From: Faecousia sp. | GTDB lineage: Bacteria > Bacillota > Clostridia > Oscillospirales > Oscillospiraceae | Direction: 5' to 3' | DNA: 64,000 nucleotides | NCBI GenBank assembly: GCA_045121575.1 | Contig: JBGVGH010000047.1 | Coordinates: forward strand, 940 to 64,939 | Shown: one piece after another, positions 53,092-62,339 of the stretch | Numbering within the stretch: the first letter of the stretch is position 1 | Layout of the letters: each line of letters opens with the position of its first letter | Notes under the pieces: model-generated | The model's input: only the letters and a program-made list of their open reading frames with translations | The model's database searches: none | Told to the model about the DNA's origin: nothing | Translations under genes and position numbers: made by a program

Positions 53092-54441
53092 TTACAGGCC
53101 GGGGAAGCCCCCCATGCCGCCGAAGCCCTTCATACGCTTCATCTTTTTGCCCGCGCCGGGGCCGGAGAACTGCTTCATCATCTTCTGCATCTGCTCGAAG
53201 GATTTCAGCAGCTTGTTCACATCCTCCACTTTCAATCCGCATCCGGCGGCAATGCGCTTCTTGCGGCTTCCGCCGATGATGCTAGGATTTTCCCGCTCCT
53301 TCGGGGTCATGGACAGGATGATGGCCTCGGTATGGGCCAGCTGCTTTTCATCCACCTGCAGATTCTTCAGAGAACCTGCGCCGGGAAGCTGGGCCAGAAT
53401 ATCCTGCATGGAACCCATGGACTTCATCTGAACCATCTGGTCATAGAAATCCTGGAGGGTAAACCGGTTGGAGCGGAGCTTTTCCTCCATCTCCGCGACC
53501 TTCTTGGCGTCGTACGCCTTTTCCGCCTTTTCAATCAGGCTCAGCACATCGCCCATGCCCAAAATGCGGCTGGCCATCCGGTCGGGATAGAAAGGCTCAA
53601 TGTCCTCCAGCTTTTCGCCCACACCGACGAATTTCACCGGCTTTCCGGTGATGGCCTTGACCGACAGGGCCGCGCCGCCTCTGGCGTCGCCGTCCAGCTT
53701 GCTGAGCATCACCGAATCAATGTCCAGCCACTCGTTAAAGGTCTGGGCGGCGTTAACCGCATCCTGACCGGTCATGGCGTCCACAACCAGCATGATTTCA
53801 TCGGGCCGGACGGTGGCTTTGATGTTTTTCAGCTCGTCCATCAGCTGCTCGTCCACATGCAGACGGCCGGCGGTATCCAGAAATACCATATCGTGGCCGT
53901 GCTGACGGGCGTACAAAACTGCCTGCTTGGCCGTTTCCACCGGATTCTGGGTGCCCTTCTCAAAGACGGGGATGCCCAGCTTTTCGCCGCAGACCTGCAG
54001 CTGGGTGATGGCGGCGGGGCGGTAAATATCACAGGCCACCAGCAGCGGGTTCTTGCCCTGCCGCTTCATCAGGCCCGCCAGCTTGCTGCCGTTGGTGGTT
54101 TTACCGGCGCCCTGCAGGCCCACCAGCATCACCACCGTGGGGCCGTTGGGGTTGATGGTGATGTGCTTGACATCGGAGCCCATCAATTTGGTAAGCTCCT
54201 CGTCGACAATCTTCACAATCATCTGCGCCGGGGTCAGGGATTCCAGCACATCGCTGCCCACGCACCGCTCGGTGACAGATTTGGTAAAATCCTTGCAAAC
54301 TTTATAACTGACATCCGCTTCCAGCAGTGCCATGCGGATTTCCCGCATCGCCTCCTTGACATCGGACTCTTTCAGGCGGCCCTTGCCGCGGAGTCTTTTG
54401 AAGGTAGCGGAAATTTTTTCGGTTAAGCCTTCAAATGCCAT
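53092..54441 (-). CDS. ffh: Signal recognition particle protein Ffh
   Basis: GLQGAGKTT, DTAGR and the Met-rich M domain. Confidence 0.95.
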   Translation of the reverse strand: MAFEGLTEKISATFKRLRGKGRLKESDVKEAMREIRMALLEADVSYKVCKDFTKSVTERCVGSDVLESLTPAQMIVKIVDEELTKLMGSDVKHITINPNGPTVVMLVGLQGAGKTTNGSKLAGLMKRQGKNPLLVACDIYRPAAITQLQVCGEKLGIPVFEKGTQNPVETAKQAVLYARQHGHDMVFLDTAGRLHVDEQLMDELKNIKATVRPDEIMLVVDAMTGQDAVNAAQTFNEWLDIDSVMLSKLDGDARGGAALSVKAITGKPVKFVGVGEKLEDIEPFYPDRMASRILGMGDVLSLIEKAEKAYDAKKVAEMEEKLRSNRFTLQDFYDQMVQMKSMGSMQDILAQLPGAGSLKNLQVDEKQLAHTEAIILSMTPKERENPSIIGGSRKKRIAAGCGLKVEDVNKLLKSFEQMQKMMKQFSGPGAGKKMKRMKGFGGMGGFPGL

Positions 54442-54444
54442 ACA

Positions 54445-54789
54445 TTACTCCTCGAAATTCTGGGCACAGGCACAAATCTCCTCTGCCAGCCGGGAAACCC
54501 GGTCATCCGGATAATCCACCAAAAGGGAGGCTTTCCGGGCGATGGTATCCATCCGGTCGCGCAGAAGCCGGTCACGGCGGACGCAGCCGGTTTTTTCTTC
54601 CATATTCTTCAGCAGCGCTTCCGTGCGGCTGAGATTATCATAAACTGCCTGGCGGCTGATGTGCAGCTCCTGGGCGATTTCACCCAGGGACAAGTCCTGA
54701 TTGTAGTGCAAATCAAAGCACTGCTTTTGCCGCTCGGTCAGCACATCGCCGTAATAATCAAACAGCAGAATGAGTTCCAGTGAATCCAT
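54445..54789 (-). CDS. ylxM: YlxM (UPF0122) putative HTH protein upstream of ffh
   Basis: LFDYYGDVLTERQKQCFDLHYNQDLSLGEIAQELHISRQAVYD. GAGGAGG RBS. Confidence 0.85.
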   Translation of the reverse strand: MDSLELILLFDYYGDVLTERQKQCFDLHYNQDLSLGEIAQELHISRQAVYDNLSRTEALLKNMEEKTGCVRRDRLLRDRMDTIARKASLLVDYPDDRVSRLAEEICACAQNFEE

Positions 54790-54831
54790 GGAAACCTCCT
54801 CTGCCAAGGTTTTTTCCTTGACACCTGAGGC

Positions 54832-54860
54832 ATTATACTACATTCTCTCATTGTTGTCAA
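54832..54860 (-). promoter_or_regulatory. Promoter of the ylxM-ffh-rpsP operon
   Basis: Minus strand TTGACA, 17-nt spacer, TATAAT. Confidence 0.7.
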
Positions 54861-54888
54861 GTATTTTTCCTTGTCAGATGGCACTTTT

Positions 54889-55527
54889 TCATCCGAACAC
54901 CCGATACCAGCGCCGCAATTCCGCCGTGGGCAAAAATCCCATTTTTTCATACAGGCGCAGGGCCTTTTCATTGGTGGACGCCACTTCCAGACGGATGCGG
55001 TCAGCCCCCGCCGCCGTCAGCAGCGTGCGCATCACCAGCTCCCCCATCCCCGGCACGGTGGACGCCAGCAGGTGCATGGTATCCTCCTGCACCCAGCCGA
55101 TGCCCAGGAGGGTTCCCCGGTCATGGACGAAATAAGCCCCGCCGGAAGATAAAATCTCGTGAGCCAGCCGTGTGGTAATGGTGGCTGCGTTGTCCACCCC
55201 CGCCAGGCGGTCATTGGCAACGGTGCGCCACCGCTCCAGGGTTTCCTCCGTCACCGGCCAAAGGCTGGCAATTTCCCCCTCCGGGGCGTCGCCCCGCATC
55301 TCATAAACCACGGTGTGCAGCGGATAGCCCTCCAGATTCTCCCCCTCGGCATAGATTTTCTCCGCGCCGCAGGCCCGGCAGAAGCCCACGCATTCAGTTA
55401 GCAATTCCTCCAGCTTTCCCGGCACCACCGCTTGCAGGCGGATATATGCCTCCCCCCGGTAGGGAATTTCCCCCAGCACCAGCGCCGCAATGCCATATTC
55501 CGTCGTAAAAACGGGAATGTCTTTCAC
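54889..55527 (-). CDS. GNAT-family acetyltransferase (C-terminal GNAT domain)
   Basis: VASTNEKALRLYEKMGF tail motif. GTG start after GGAGGGAG. Confidence 0.7.
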   Translation of the reverse strand: MKDIPVFTTEYGIAALVLGEIPYRGEAYIRLQAVVPGKLEELLTECVGFCRACGAEKIYAEGENLEGYPLHTVVYEMRGDAPEGEIASLWPVTEETLERWRTVANDRLAGVDNAATITTRLAHEILSSGGAYFVHDRGTLLGIGWVQEDTMHLLASTVPGMGELVMRTLLTAAGADRIRLEVASTNEKALRLYEKMGFLPTAELRRWYRVFG

Positions 55528-55694
55528 GCCTCTCCCTCCTTTTTTCCTATCTTATCACACATCATTCTGCCGGACAAGTCAGGATTTGACAAAAACCATT
55601 GTCTATTATGACGAAAACCGAAGCCGTCAGCGCTTAAAAACTAACGCCATCAAACAAATCGAATCAAAAAAAGCCCGATTTTCCAAAAAAGACC

Positions 55695-55722
55695 TTGAAA
55701 TATTTCCGAAATAATGTATAAT
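55695..55722 (+). promoter_or_regulatory. Promoter of the small 76-aa gene
   Basis: TTGAAA, 16-nt spacer, TATAAT. Confidence 0.55.
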
Positions 55723-55760
55723 AATCTAAAACTGCTCTGAACGGAAAGGAGGTCAAGACC

Positions 55761-55991
55761 ATGAAGAAAATCATCTGCAAGAAGGAATACGATTCCGAGA
55801 ACGCAACGCTCATCAAGAAGTGCACCTACGGTAACTTCGGCGATCCCGCCGGCTACGAGGAAATCCTGTTCCAGACCGAGGGCGGTCTGTACTTCGTTTA
55901 CACCCGCGGCGGCGAGGCTTCTCCTTATCCCGGTGAGGATATTCAGCGCCTGGCAAAGACCAAGGTCAACGAATGGATTGAGAACCACTAA
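55761..55991 (+). CDS. 76-aa conserved-looking small protein, unknown function
   Basis: AAGGAGG RBS, own promoter, and a strong terminator (cggaggctgc accg gcagcctccg followed by ttctttttt). Confidence 0.6.
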   Translation: MKKIICKKEYDSENATLIKKCTYGNFGDPAGYEEILFQTEGGLYFVYTRGGEASPYPGEDIQRLAKTKVNEWIENH

Positions 55992-56032
55992 TACATAAAA
56001 GCGGAGGCTGCACCGGCAGCCTCCGTTCTTTT

Positions 56033-57004
56033 TTAGCTGTTTTTTCCGAAATCAGGGAAATACTCCCGGACAAAGTCCACATCGTTTACCTGAAAAGACT
56101 TTCCGTTGAGGTAATTCAAATCCTCCGCGTCCGTGGTAAAGGTGAAGGTCAGCTTGTAGGAGTAGAGTGCCTGATAGTTCCGGTCATAGTTTTTATTCAG
56201 CTTGCCGTACTTCCCGTCCCCCAGCAGCGGATGGCCCGCGTGGGCAAACTGGGCGCGAATCTGATGGGTTCGCCCTGTAATCAGCTCGCACTCCACCAAA
56301 GACAAACCGTTCCGGCTGGAAAGCACCTTGTAATTGGTCTGGCAGGACTTGCTGCCGGGCTGGGGCTTATCGGAAACAAACACCCGGTTCTGCTTGGCAT
56401 CTTTAAACAGATAACCCTTCAGGCTGCCCTCTCTGGGCTTGGGCGTTCCCTCCACCACAGCCAGGTACCGCTTGTCCAGCTCCCGGTCCTTGATTTTCTG
56501 GTTCATCACCCGCAGGGCCTGGGCGGTCTTGGCGGCAATGACAATGCCGCCGGTGTTGCGGTCAATGCGGTTGCACAGCGCCGGTGTGAAGGCATTTTCC
56601 TGCCGGGGAAGCCATTCCTTTTTCTGATACAGGTAGGCCTGAATGTGGTCAATGAGGGTTCTGCCGTATTCCGCGCCGTCATGGGGATGGACTGCAATTC
56701 CCGGCCGCTTGTCCACCAGCAGGATGTGTTCATCCTCGTAGACGATATTCAGCTTCGGAGTCGCCACCGTCAGAAAGGCGTTATCCTCCCGGGGCTTGTC
56801 GAAAAATTCATCGTTGATGTACAGCTGCAGCACATCTCCGGCGCACAGCCGGCTGTCCCGCTGCGCCCGGCCGCCGTTAAGCTTAATGCGCTTCAGACGG
56901 ATGTATTTCTGCGCCAGTGATGCCGGCAGCAGCGGCACCGCCTTGGCAAGAAAACGGTCCAGCCGCTGACCGGCGTCATTGGTTCCAATGGTCAGTTCTT
57001 TCAT
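56033..57004 (-). CDS. RluA-family pseudouridine synthase with an S4 domain (RluD/RluC-like)
   Basis: QRLDRFL S4 region, HRIDRNTGG catalytic motif, TGRTHQIR. Confidence 0.85.
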   Translation of the reverse strand: MKELTIGTNDAGQRLDRFLAKAVPLLPASLAQKYIRLKRIKLNGGRAQRDSRLCAGDVLQLYINDEFFDKPREDNAFLTVATPKLNIVYEDEHILLVDKRPGIAVHPHDGAEYGRTLIDHIQAYLYQKKEWLPRQENAFTPALCNRIDRNTGGIVIAAKTAQALRVMNQKIKDRELDKRYLAVVEGTPKPREGSLKGYLFKDAKQNRVFVSDKPQPGSKSCQTNYKVLSSRNGLSLVECELITGRTHQIRAQFAHAGHPLLGDGKYGKLNKNYDRNYQALYSYKLTFTFTTDAEDLNYLNGKSFQVNDVDFVREYFPDFGKNS

Positions 57005-57948
57005 ACATTATTTCCCATATTGGCTTCAAATTTGCGGTTAATTTGCTCCGTCAGCTCCAGAGCGGCGTTGTAGCCCATCTTCCGCTGACGGTTATTCATA
57101 GCCGCCACCTCCAGAATCACCGCCAGATTCCGTCCGGGCGTCACAGGGATGGTGTTCATGGGCACCTTAACCCCCAGCATCTCCGTGTAGGTCACTTCCG
57201 CGCCCATCCGGTCATACACATTCTGGCTGTTCCACGGCTCGATGTTCACCACCAGATTGATTTCATTTTCCGCCTTGACGGCGCCCATGCCGAACAGCTT
57301 TGCCACATTGATGATGCCGATGCCCCGCAGCTCCACAAAATTGCGCAGCACCTCCGGAGCGGTGCCCATCAGAGTATTGCCGGAGATTTTCCGAATTTCC
57401 ACCGCATCGTCGGCAATCAGACGGTGGCCCCGCTTCAAAAGCTCGATGGCGGTTTCGCTTTTGCCCATGCCGCTTTCGCCGGTGAGCAGAATGCCCTCGC
57501 CGTAGACCTCCACCAGCACGCCGTGCCGGGTGATGCGGGGGGCCATCTCATCGCTGAGGTAGGAAATCAGCGACGAAACAATGACCGATGTGGCCTCCTT
57601 GGTGCGAAGCAGGGTCACATCGTGCTTTTTTGCCATGGCGATGCAGATGGGGTCAGGCTGCAACCCCCTTGCCACCAGCAGCGCCGGAATCTTGAAACCG
57701 AACAGCCGGTCATAGATTTCTTCCCGCTGGCTTTCCGGGAGCTTGCCCAGATAGCTCATCTCCACATTGCCCAGCACCTGCAGCCGGTGATGCTCAAAAT
57801 GGTCAAAGAATCCCGCCAGCAGCAGGCCCGGACGGGCCACATCCGCCACCGTCATGCGAACGGAATCATAATCCGTGGAGGCGTATTCCACCTGCAGGTC
57901 AAATTCTTCCACCATGGTTTTGAGCAAAATGCTGTAAATATCCGCCAT
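57001..57948 (-). CDS. hprK: HPr kinase/phosphorylase
   Basis: GEGILLTGESGMGKSETAIELLKRGHRLIADD P-loop signature. Confidence 0.9.
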   Translation of the reverse strand: MADIYSILLKTMVEEFDLQVEYASTDYDSVRMTVADVARPGLLLAGFFDHFEHHRLQVLGNVEMSYLGKLPESQREEIYDRLFGFKIPALLVARGLQPDPICIAMAKKHDVTLLRTKEATSVIVSSLISYLSDEMAPRITRHGVLVEVYGEGILLTGESGMGKSETAIELLKRGHRLIADDAVEIRKISGNTLMGTAPEVLRNFVELRGIGIINVAKLFGMGAVKAENEINLVVNIEPWNSQNVYDRMGAEVTYTEMLGVKVPMNTIPVTPGRNLAVILEVAAMNNRQRKMGYNAALELTEQINRKFEANMGNNV

Positions 57949-58045
57949 GCTGCCACCTCTTTCCTGTTGATATGGTTATTATAGCGGCCCGAAGCCGGAA
58001 TAGCAATAAATTTTTCAAAAAACTGAAAAAATGTGAAAATAGTAC

Positions 58046-58074
58046 TTGCATTTTTTCCAAATCTCTGCTATCAT
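58046..58074 (+). promoter_or_regulatory. rpmB promoter
   Basis: TTGCAT, 17-nt spacer, TATCAT. Confidence 0.5.
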
Positions 58075-58135
58075 ATTCAAGCACCTGTAAAGGGCGTCAT
58101 TTCGTGGATTTCGATTCGGATAGGAGGTGCAACGA

Positions 58136-58324
58136 ATGGCGAAGTGTGATTTTTGCGGTAAGGGTGTTACCTTTGGTATTAAGGTTTCCCACTCCCACAG
58201 ACGTTCCAACCGTACCTGGAAGCCCAATGTGAAGCGGGTCAAGGCTGTTGTCAACGGTACTCCGTGCCATGTGTACGCTTGTACCAGATGCCTCCGTTCC
58301 AACAAGGTTGAGCGGGCTGTCTGA
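58136..58324 (+). CDS. rpmB: 50S ribosomal protein L28
   Basis: MAKCDFCGKGVTFGIKVSHSHRRSNRTWKPNV. AGGAGG RBS. A terminator follows (cggcattgc ttct gcaatgccg followed by tttttt). Confidence 0.9.
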   Translation: MAKCDFCGKGVTFGIKVSHSHRRSNRTWKPNVKRVKAVVNGTPCHVYACTRCLRSNKVERAV

Positions 58325-58432
58325 TAAACGCATAAAACGCGGCATTGCTTCTGCAATGCCGTTTTTTGTGTCCTCTCCCCTGTTTTTTGCATTCAAAAGG
58401 CGTGACCTTTTCGGTCACGCCCTTTCTATTTC

Positions 58433-59434
58433 TCAGGAAAGCCAGCCGGCGTCCTCGGATTCCGCCTTTTTCTGCCGGGTCAGCAGCTTCTGCACCGCTT
58501 CCCGGGCAGGAACGCCCTCGTACAGCACCGCGTGGGCCGCGCCCACAATGGGCATCTCCACGCCCTGCTGCTGTCCCAGAATCCAGGCGGATTCCGTGGC
58601 GTAATATCCTTCCACCACAGCGCCCACTTCCTCCATGGCCTGCTGGGGGCTTCTCCCCTGGCCGATGAGAACGCCGCTTCTGTGGTTTCTGGAATGCTGG
58701 GAGGTGCAGGTCACAATCAAGTCCCCCACGCCCGCCAGGCCCGCCAGCGTATCCTTCTGCGCGCCCATGGAAACGCCCAGCCGGGCAATCTCCGTCAGGC
58801 CCCGGGTCATGAGCATTGCACGGGTGTTATCCCCATAGCCCAGGCCGTCGCAGACACCGGCGCACAGGGCGATGACATTTTTCAGAGCGCCGCCCAGCTC
58901 CGCGCCAATGATGTCCGGGCTGGTATAGACCCGGAAGGTATCACTCATAAAGGCATCCTGCACCAGCTCCGCCAACGCCTGATTGGGGCTGGCCGCCACG
59001 CATCCGGTGGGAATGCCCCGGGCCACCTCCTCAGCGTGACTGGGCCCGGTGAGAGCCACCACGCTGTGGCCGGTTTCCCGCTCCACAATCTGGCTCATGC
59101 GCAGTTGGGTGTCCTTGTCAATGCCCTTGGTCACGGACACCAGCACCGCATCCCCATCCAGATAGGGCGCAACCGTCCGGCACACATTGGCAATGGCAAA
59201 AGAGGGGCTGGCAATGACCACCAGCTTTCTTCCGCTGACACAGGCCGGGTCGGCAGAAATATCCAGTTCCGGCGGAAGGAAAACGCCCTTCAGCATGGGA
59301 TTTTCCCGGCTGACGCACAGCGCAGCCGCCTTTTCCGGGTTATGAGACCACAGCACCGTATCATGGCCGTTTCGGCACAGCACCAAAGCCAGGGCCGTGC
59401 CCCAGCCGCCGCTTCCGACTACCGCAGTTTTCAT
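58433..59434 (-). CDS. gpsA: NAD(P)H-dependent glycerol-3-phosphate dehydrogenase
   Basis: VVGSGGWGTALA, GALKNVIA and LAGLAGVGDLIVTCTS motifs. The ATG overlaps the plsY TGA (ATGA). Confidence 0.9.
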   Translation of the reverse strand: MKTAVVGSGGWGTALALVLCRNGHDTVLWSHNPEKAAALCVSRENPMLKGVFLPPELDISADPACVSGRKLVVIASPSFAIANVCRTVAPYLDGDAVLVSVTKGIDKDTQLRMSQIVERETGHSVVALTGPSHAEEVARGIPTGCVAASPNQALAELVQDAFMSDTFRVYTSPDIIGAELGGALKNVIALCAGVCDGLGYGDNTRAMLMTRGLTEIARLGVSMGAQKDTLAGLAGVGDLIVTCTSQHSRNHRSGVLIGQGRSPQQAMEEVGAVVEGYYATESAWILGQQQGVEMPIVGAAHAVLYEGVPAREAVQKLLTRQKKAESEDAGWLS

Positions 59435-60051
59435 TTCTTCTTTCCTTTCAAAACCAGCTTGGATTCCGTTCCCTGGAGCAGCCGGACAATATTCTTCCGG
59501 TGCATCACGATTGCAAGCACCCCCAGGAAAATGCCGCCGGCGGCCACCCAGGGCTGATGCCAGTACAGCACGCCAAATCCAATCGCAAATCCCGCCGCGC
59601 CCAGCACAGAGCCCAGGGACACCAGCCGGGTCAGGGCCACCGTGATGACAAACACCGTCAGCAGAACCGCGCAAATCCGCCAGTCCACGCACAGTGCCGC
59701 CACCGCGCCGCAGAGGATGCCCTTGCCGCCCCGGAAGCCCAATGTCGCCGGGAAATTGTGTCCCAGCGTCACAGCCACCGCGCCCAGCATCTGCCCTTCC
59801 TTTTGCAGGCCATAGGGCTGCAGAAGCAGGCCGCCCAGCAGGCAGGCCAGCGCCGTCTTTCCGCCGTCAATTAAAATCACCAGCAGAGAACCTGCCGTGC
59901 CGTAATTGCGGACAAAATTGGTCAGTCCTGCATTGCCGCTGCCGTGGCTGCGCACATCCTCCTTGGCTTTCAGGGTCGAAATGCACACGGAGCCATTGAG
60001 GTTTCCCAGCAGATAAGAAACCAGAAACGCAATCAAAATGGGATACCACAT
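59431..60051 (-). CDS. plsY: Glycerol-3-phosphate acyltransferase PlsY
   Basis: SYLLGNLNGSV...HGSGNAGLTN...GHNFP...GGKG. Confidence 0.9.
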   Translation of the reverse strand: MWYPILIAFLVSYLLGNLNGSVCISTLKAKEDVRSHGSGNAGLTNFVRNYGTAGSLLVILIDGGKTALACLLGGLLLQPYGLQKEGQMLGAVAVTLGHNFPATLGFRGGKGILCGAVAALCVDWRICAVLLTVFVITVALTRLVSLGSVLGAAGFAIGFGVLYWHQPWVAAGGIFLGVLAIVMHRKNIVRLLQGTESKLVLKGKKK

Positions 60052-60054
60052 AGC

Positions 60055-61386
60055 TTATTCCTCTTTATCTCCCTTTTGGCGGATGGTGATGCGCACAGGC
60101 GTACCCTTCAGGCCAAACACATCCCGAATCTGATTTTCCAGATACCGCTGATAGGAGAAATGGAAAAGCCGGGCATCGTTGCAGAAAATGATGAAATGGG
60201 GCGGCTTGGTACCCGCCTGGGTCATATAATAAATCTTCAGGCGGCGGCCCTTGTCAGAGGGGGGCTGCACCCGGGCAGTGGCATCGGCCAGAATGGAGTT
60301 CAGCGCACCGGTGGTGATGCGGCTGGTATTCTGCCTGTACACCTCCTGAATGAGGGGGAACAGCTTATCCACCCGCTGGCCCGTCAGCGCCGACAGGAAC
60401 ACCACCGGCGCATAGGTCATATAGCTCAGGCCGTCCTTGACCGCCAGCTCCTTGTCCCGCATGGTGTTGGTTTCCTTGTCCTCCACCGCGTCCCATTTGT
60501 TCACCACAATGATGGCGGCTTTTCCCGCCTCATGAACCAGGCCTGCAATCTTGGTGTCCTGGTCGGTGACACCGTCGTTGGCGTCAATCATGATCAGGCA
60601 CACATCTGCCCGCTCGATGGCATTGATGGTGCGCATATTGGAGTATTTTTCAATGGCATCGTCAATGCGGCTCCGGCGGCGCATACCGGCGGTGTCGATG
60701 AGGCAATACTTGCCGGTTTCGTTTTCAAAATAGCTGTCGATGGCGTCCCGGGTGGTGCCGGCCACATTGGAAACAATGACCCGCTCTTCTCCCAGAATCC
60801 GGTTGAGCAGGCTGGACTTGCCCACATTGGGCTTACCCACGATGGCCACTTTGACGATGCCTTCCTCGTCCTCATCCTCCCCATCCTCCGGGAACTGCTC
60901 CACGCACCAGTCCAGCAAATCGCCGGTGCCGTGGCCATGGAGGGCAGACACTTCAAACACATCACCGATGCCCAGGCCGTAGAACTCATACACCGCCAGA
61001 TTCACCGGGCCGATGGAGTCGCACTTGTTCACCGCCACCGCCACCGGCTTGCCGGACTTGCGCAGCATGGTGGCCACATCCTGGTCAGCGGCGGTCACGC
61101 CGGTGTGGACATCCACCACCATCACGATGCAGTCAGCCAGCTCAATGCCGATTTCCGCCTGGCGGCGCATGAATTTCAGCATATCATTTTCGGTGTTCGG
61201 CTCAATACCGCCGGTGTCCACCAGAGAAAAGTGATGCCCGCACCATTCGCAGTCACCGTAAATACGGTCACGGGTTACGCCGGGGGTGTCCTCCACAATG
61301 GAGGTGCGGCGGCCCGTCAGCTTGTTAAACAGCATGGACTTGCCCACATTGGGCCGTCCAACAATCGCTACCAAAGGTTTTGCCAT
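60055..61386 (-). CDS. der: Ribosome-biogenesis GTPase Der (EngA)
   Basis: Two G domains (GRPNVGKS and GKPNVGKS) plus a KH-like C-terminus. Start set at MAKPLVAIVG after GGAAAGGAAG. Confidence 0.9.
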   Translation of the reverse strand: MAKPLVAIVGRPNVGKSMLFNKLTGRRTSIVEDTPGVTRDRIYGDCEWCGHHFSLVDTGGIEPNTENDMLKFMRRQAEIGIELADCIVMVVDVHTGVTAADQDVATMLRKSGKPVAVAVNKCDSIGPVNLAVYEFYGLGIGDVFEVSALHGHGTGDLLDWCVEQFPEDGEDEDEEGIVKVAIVGKPNVGKSSLLNRILGEERVIVSNVAGTTRDAIDSYFENETGKYCLIDTAGMRRRSRIDDAIEKYSNMRTINAIERADVCLIMIDANDGVTDQDTKIAGLVHEAGKAAIIVVNKWDAVEDKETNTMRDKELAVKDGLSYMTYAPVVFLSALTGQRVDKLFPLIQEVYRQNTSRITTGALNSILADATARVQPPSDKGRRLKIYYMTQAGTKPPHFIIFCNDARLFHFSYQRYLENQIRDVFGLKGTPVRITIRQKGDKEE

Positions 61387-61486
61387 GGTAACACTTCCTT
61401 TCCGCTCAAGGCACATTTTTCTTATTATGCCACAGATTTCAAATAAAAGCAATAAAAACCTGCGGATTCTCCCACAAAAGGAAAAA

Positions 61487-61508
61487 GAGGAAGGCTTCCG
61501 CCTTCCTC
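61487..61508 (-). terminator. Terminator after rpmF
   Basis: Minus strand gaggaaggc ggaa gccttcctc followed by tttttcctttt. Confidence 0.7.
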
Positions 61509-61523
61509 CTAACTTTTCCTGCC

Positions 61524-61709
61524 TTAGTCAGCCTTGGCGGCCAGGACCTGACGGCCCTTGTAGGAACCGCAAGCCTTGCAGGCTCTGTGGGGCTGAGTGG
61601 GCTCGCCACACTTGGGGCAAACCGTAACGCTGGGAGCGGACAGCTTCCAGTTGGAGCCACGACGCTTGTCGCGACGAGCAGAGGACACTTTACACTTAGG
61701 GACAGCCAT
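61524..61709 (-). CDS. rpmF: 50S ribosomal protein L32
   Basis: MAVPKCKVSSARRDKRR...CPKCGE...HRACKACG. AAGGAGG RBS. Confidence 0.9.
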   Translation of the reverse strand: MAVPKCKVSSARRDKRRGSNWKLSAPSVTVCPKCGEPTQPHRACKACGSYKGRQVLAAKAD

Positions 61710-61759
61710 GGATGACACCTCCTTGGTAGAACTGCTTTTAAACAGCTTTCATTATTATT

Positions 61760-62260
61760 TTACTTTTCCAGAAGCTGCTTTAAAGCAGCAAAACGGGGAT
61801 CGAGTTCCTTCTGGCAATGGCAGGGGCCTTCGTTCAGGTTCTGACCGCAGCGGCAGCAAAGGCCCTTGCAGTCCTCCCGGCACAGCAGCTTGGAATCCAT
61901 GTTCAGCACGAACACCGTGCGGACAATATCCTCCAGGTCTGCATTGTCCCCCTCCAGAGGGAATACCCATTCATCTTCGTTTTCTTCGTCGGACAGCTCC
62001 GTCACCAGAACCACATTGATGGGAATTTCCACATCCCGGGTAAATTCGGCGGCGCAGCGGTCGCAGACACCATGCAGACAGGTGGTAATGGAGCCTGTCA
62101 TCATCAGAACCCCAGCCGTATTGCGGATGATGCCCTGGGCATTCACCGGCTCGGATACGGGGTTGCAGGTGCCGAAGCGAAGATCACTCAGATCGATGCT
62201 GGCAGAAAAAGGAACGCTGGCGCCGGGACAATCTATAATCTTGGAAAGTCCTAACAGCAT
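61760..62260 (-). CDS. yceD: YceD/DUF177 family protein
   Basis: C-terminal Cys cluster CREDCKGLCCRCGQNLNEGPCHC and position upstream of rpmF. Confidence 0.8.
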   Translation of the reverse strand: MLLGLSKIIDCPGASVPFSASIDLSDLRFGTCNPVSEPVNAQGIIRNTAGVLMMTGSITTCLHGVCDRCAAEFTRDVEIPINVVLVTELSDEENEDEWVFPLEGDNADLEDIVRTVFVLNMDSKLLCREDCKGLCCRCGQNLNEGPCHCQKELDPRFAALKQLLEK

Positions 62261-62339
62261 AGTATCCCCCTTCTTCACAATCATGCTTAGATATTATATA
62301 GAAGAACTTGCCGTTTGTCAAATGTTATTTTTCAAAAAA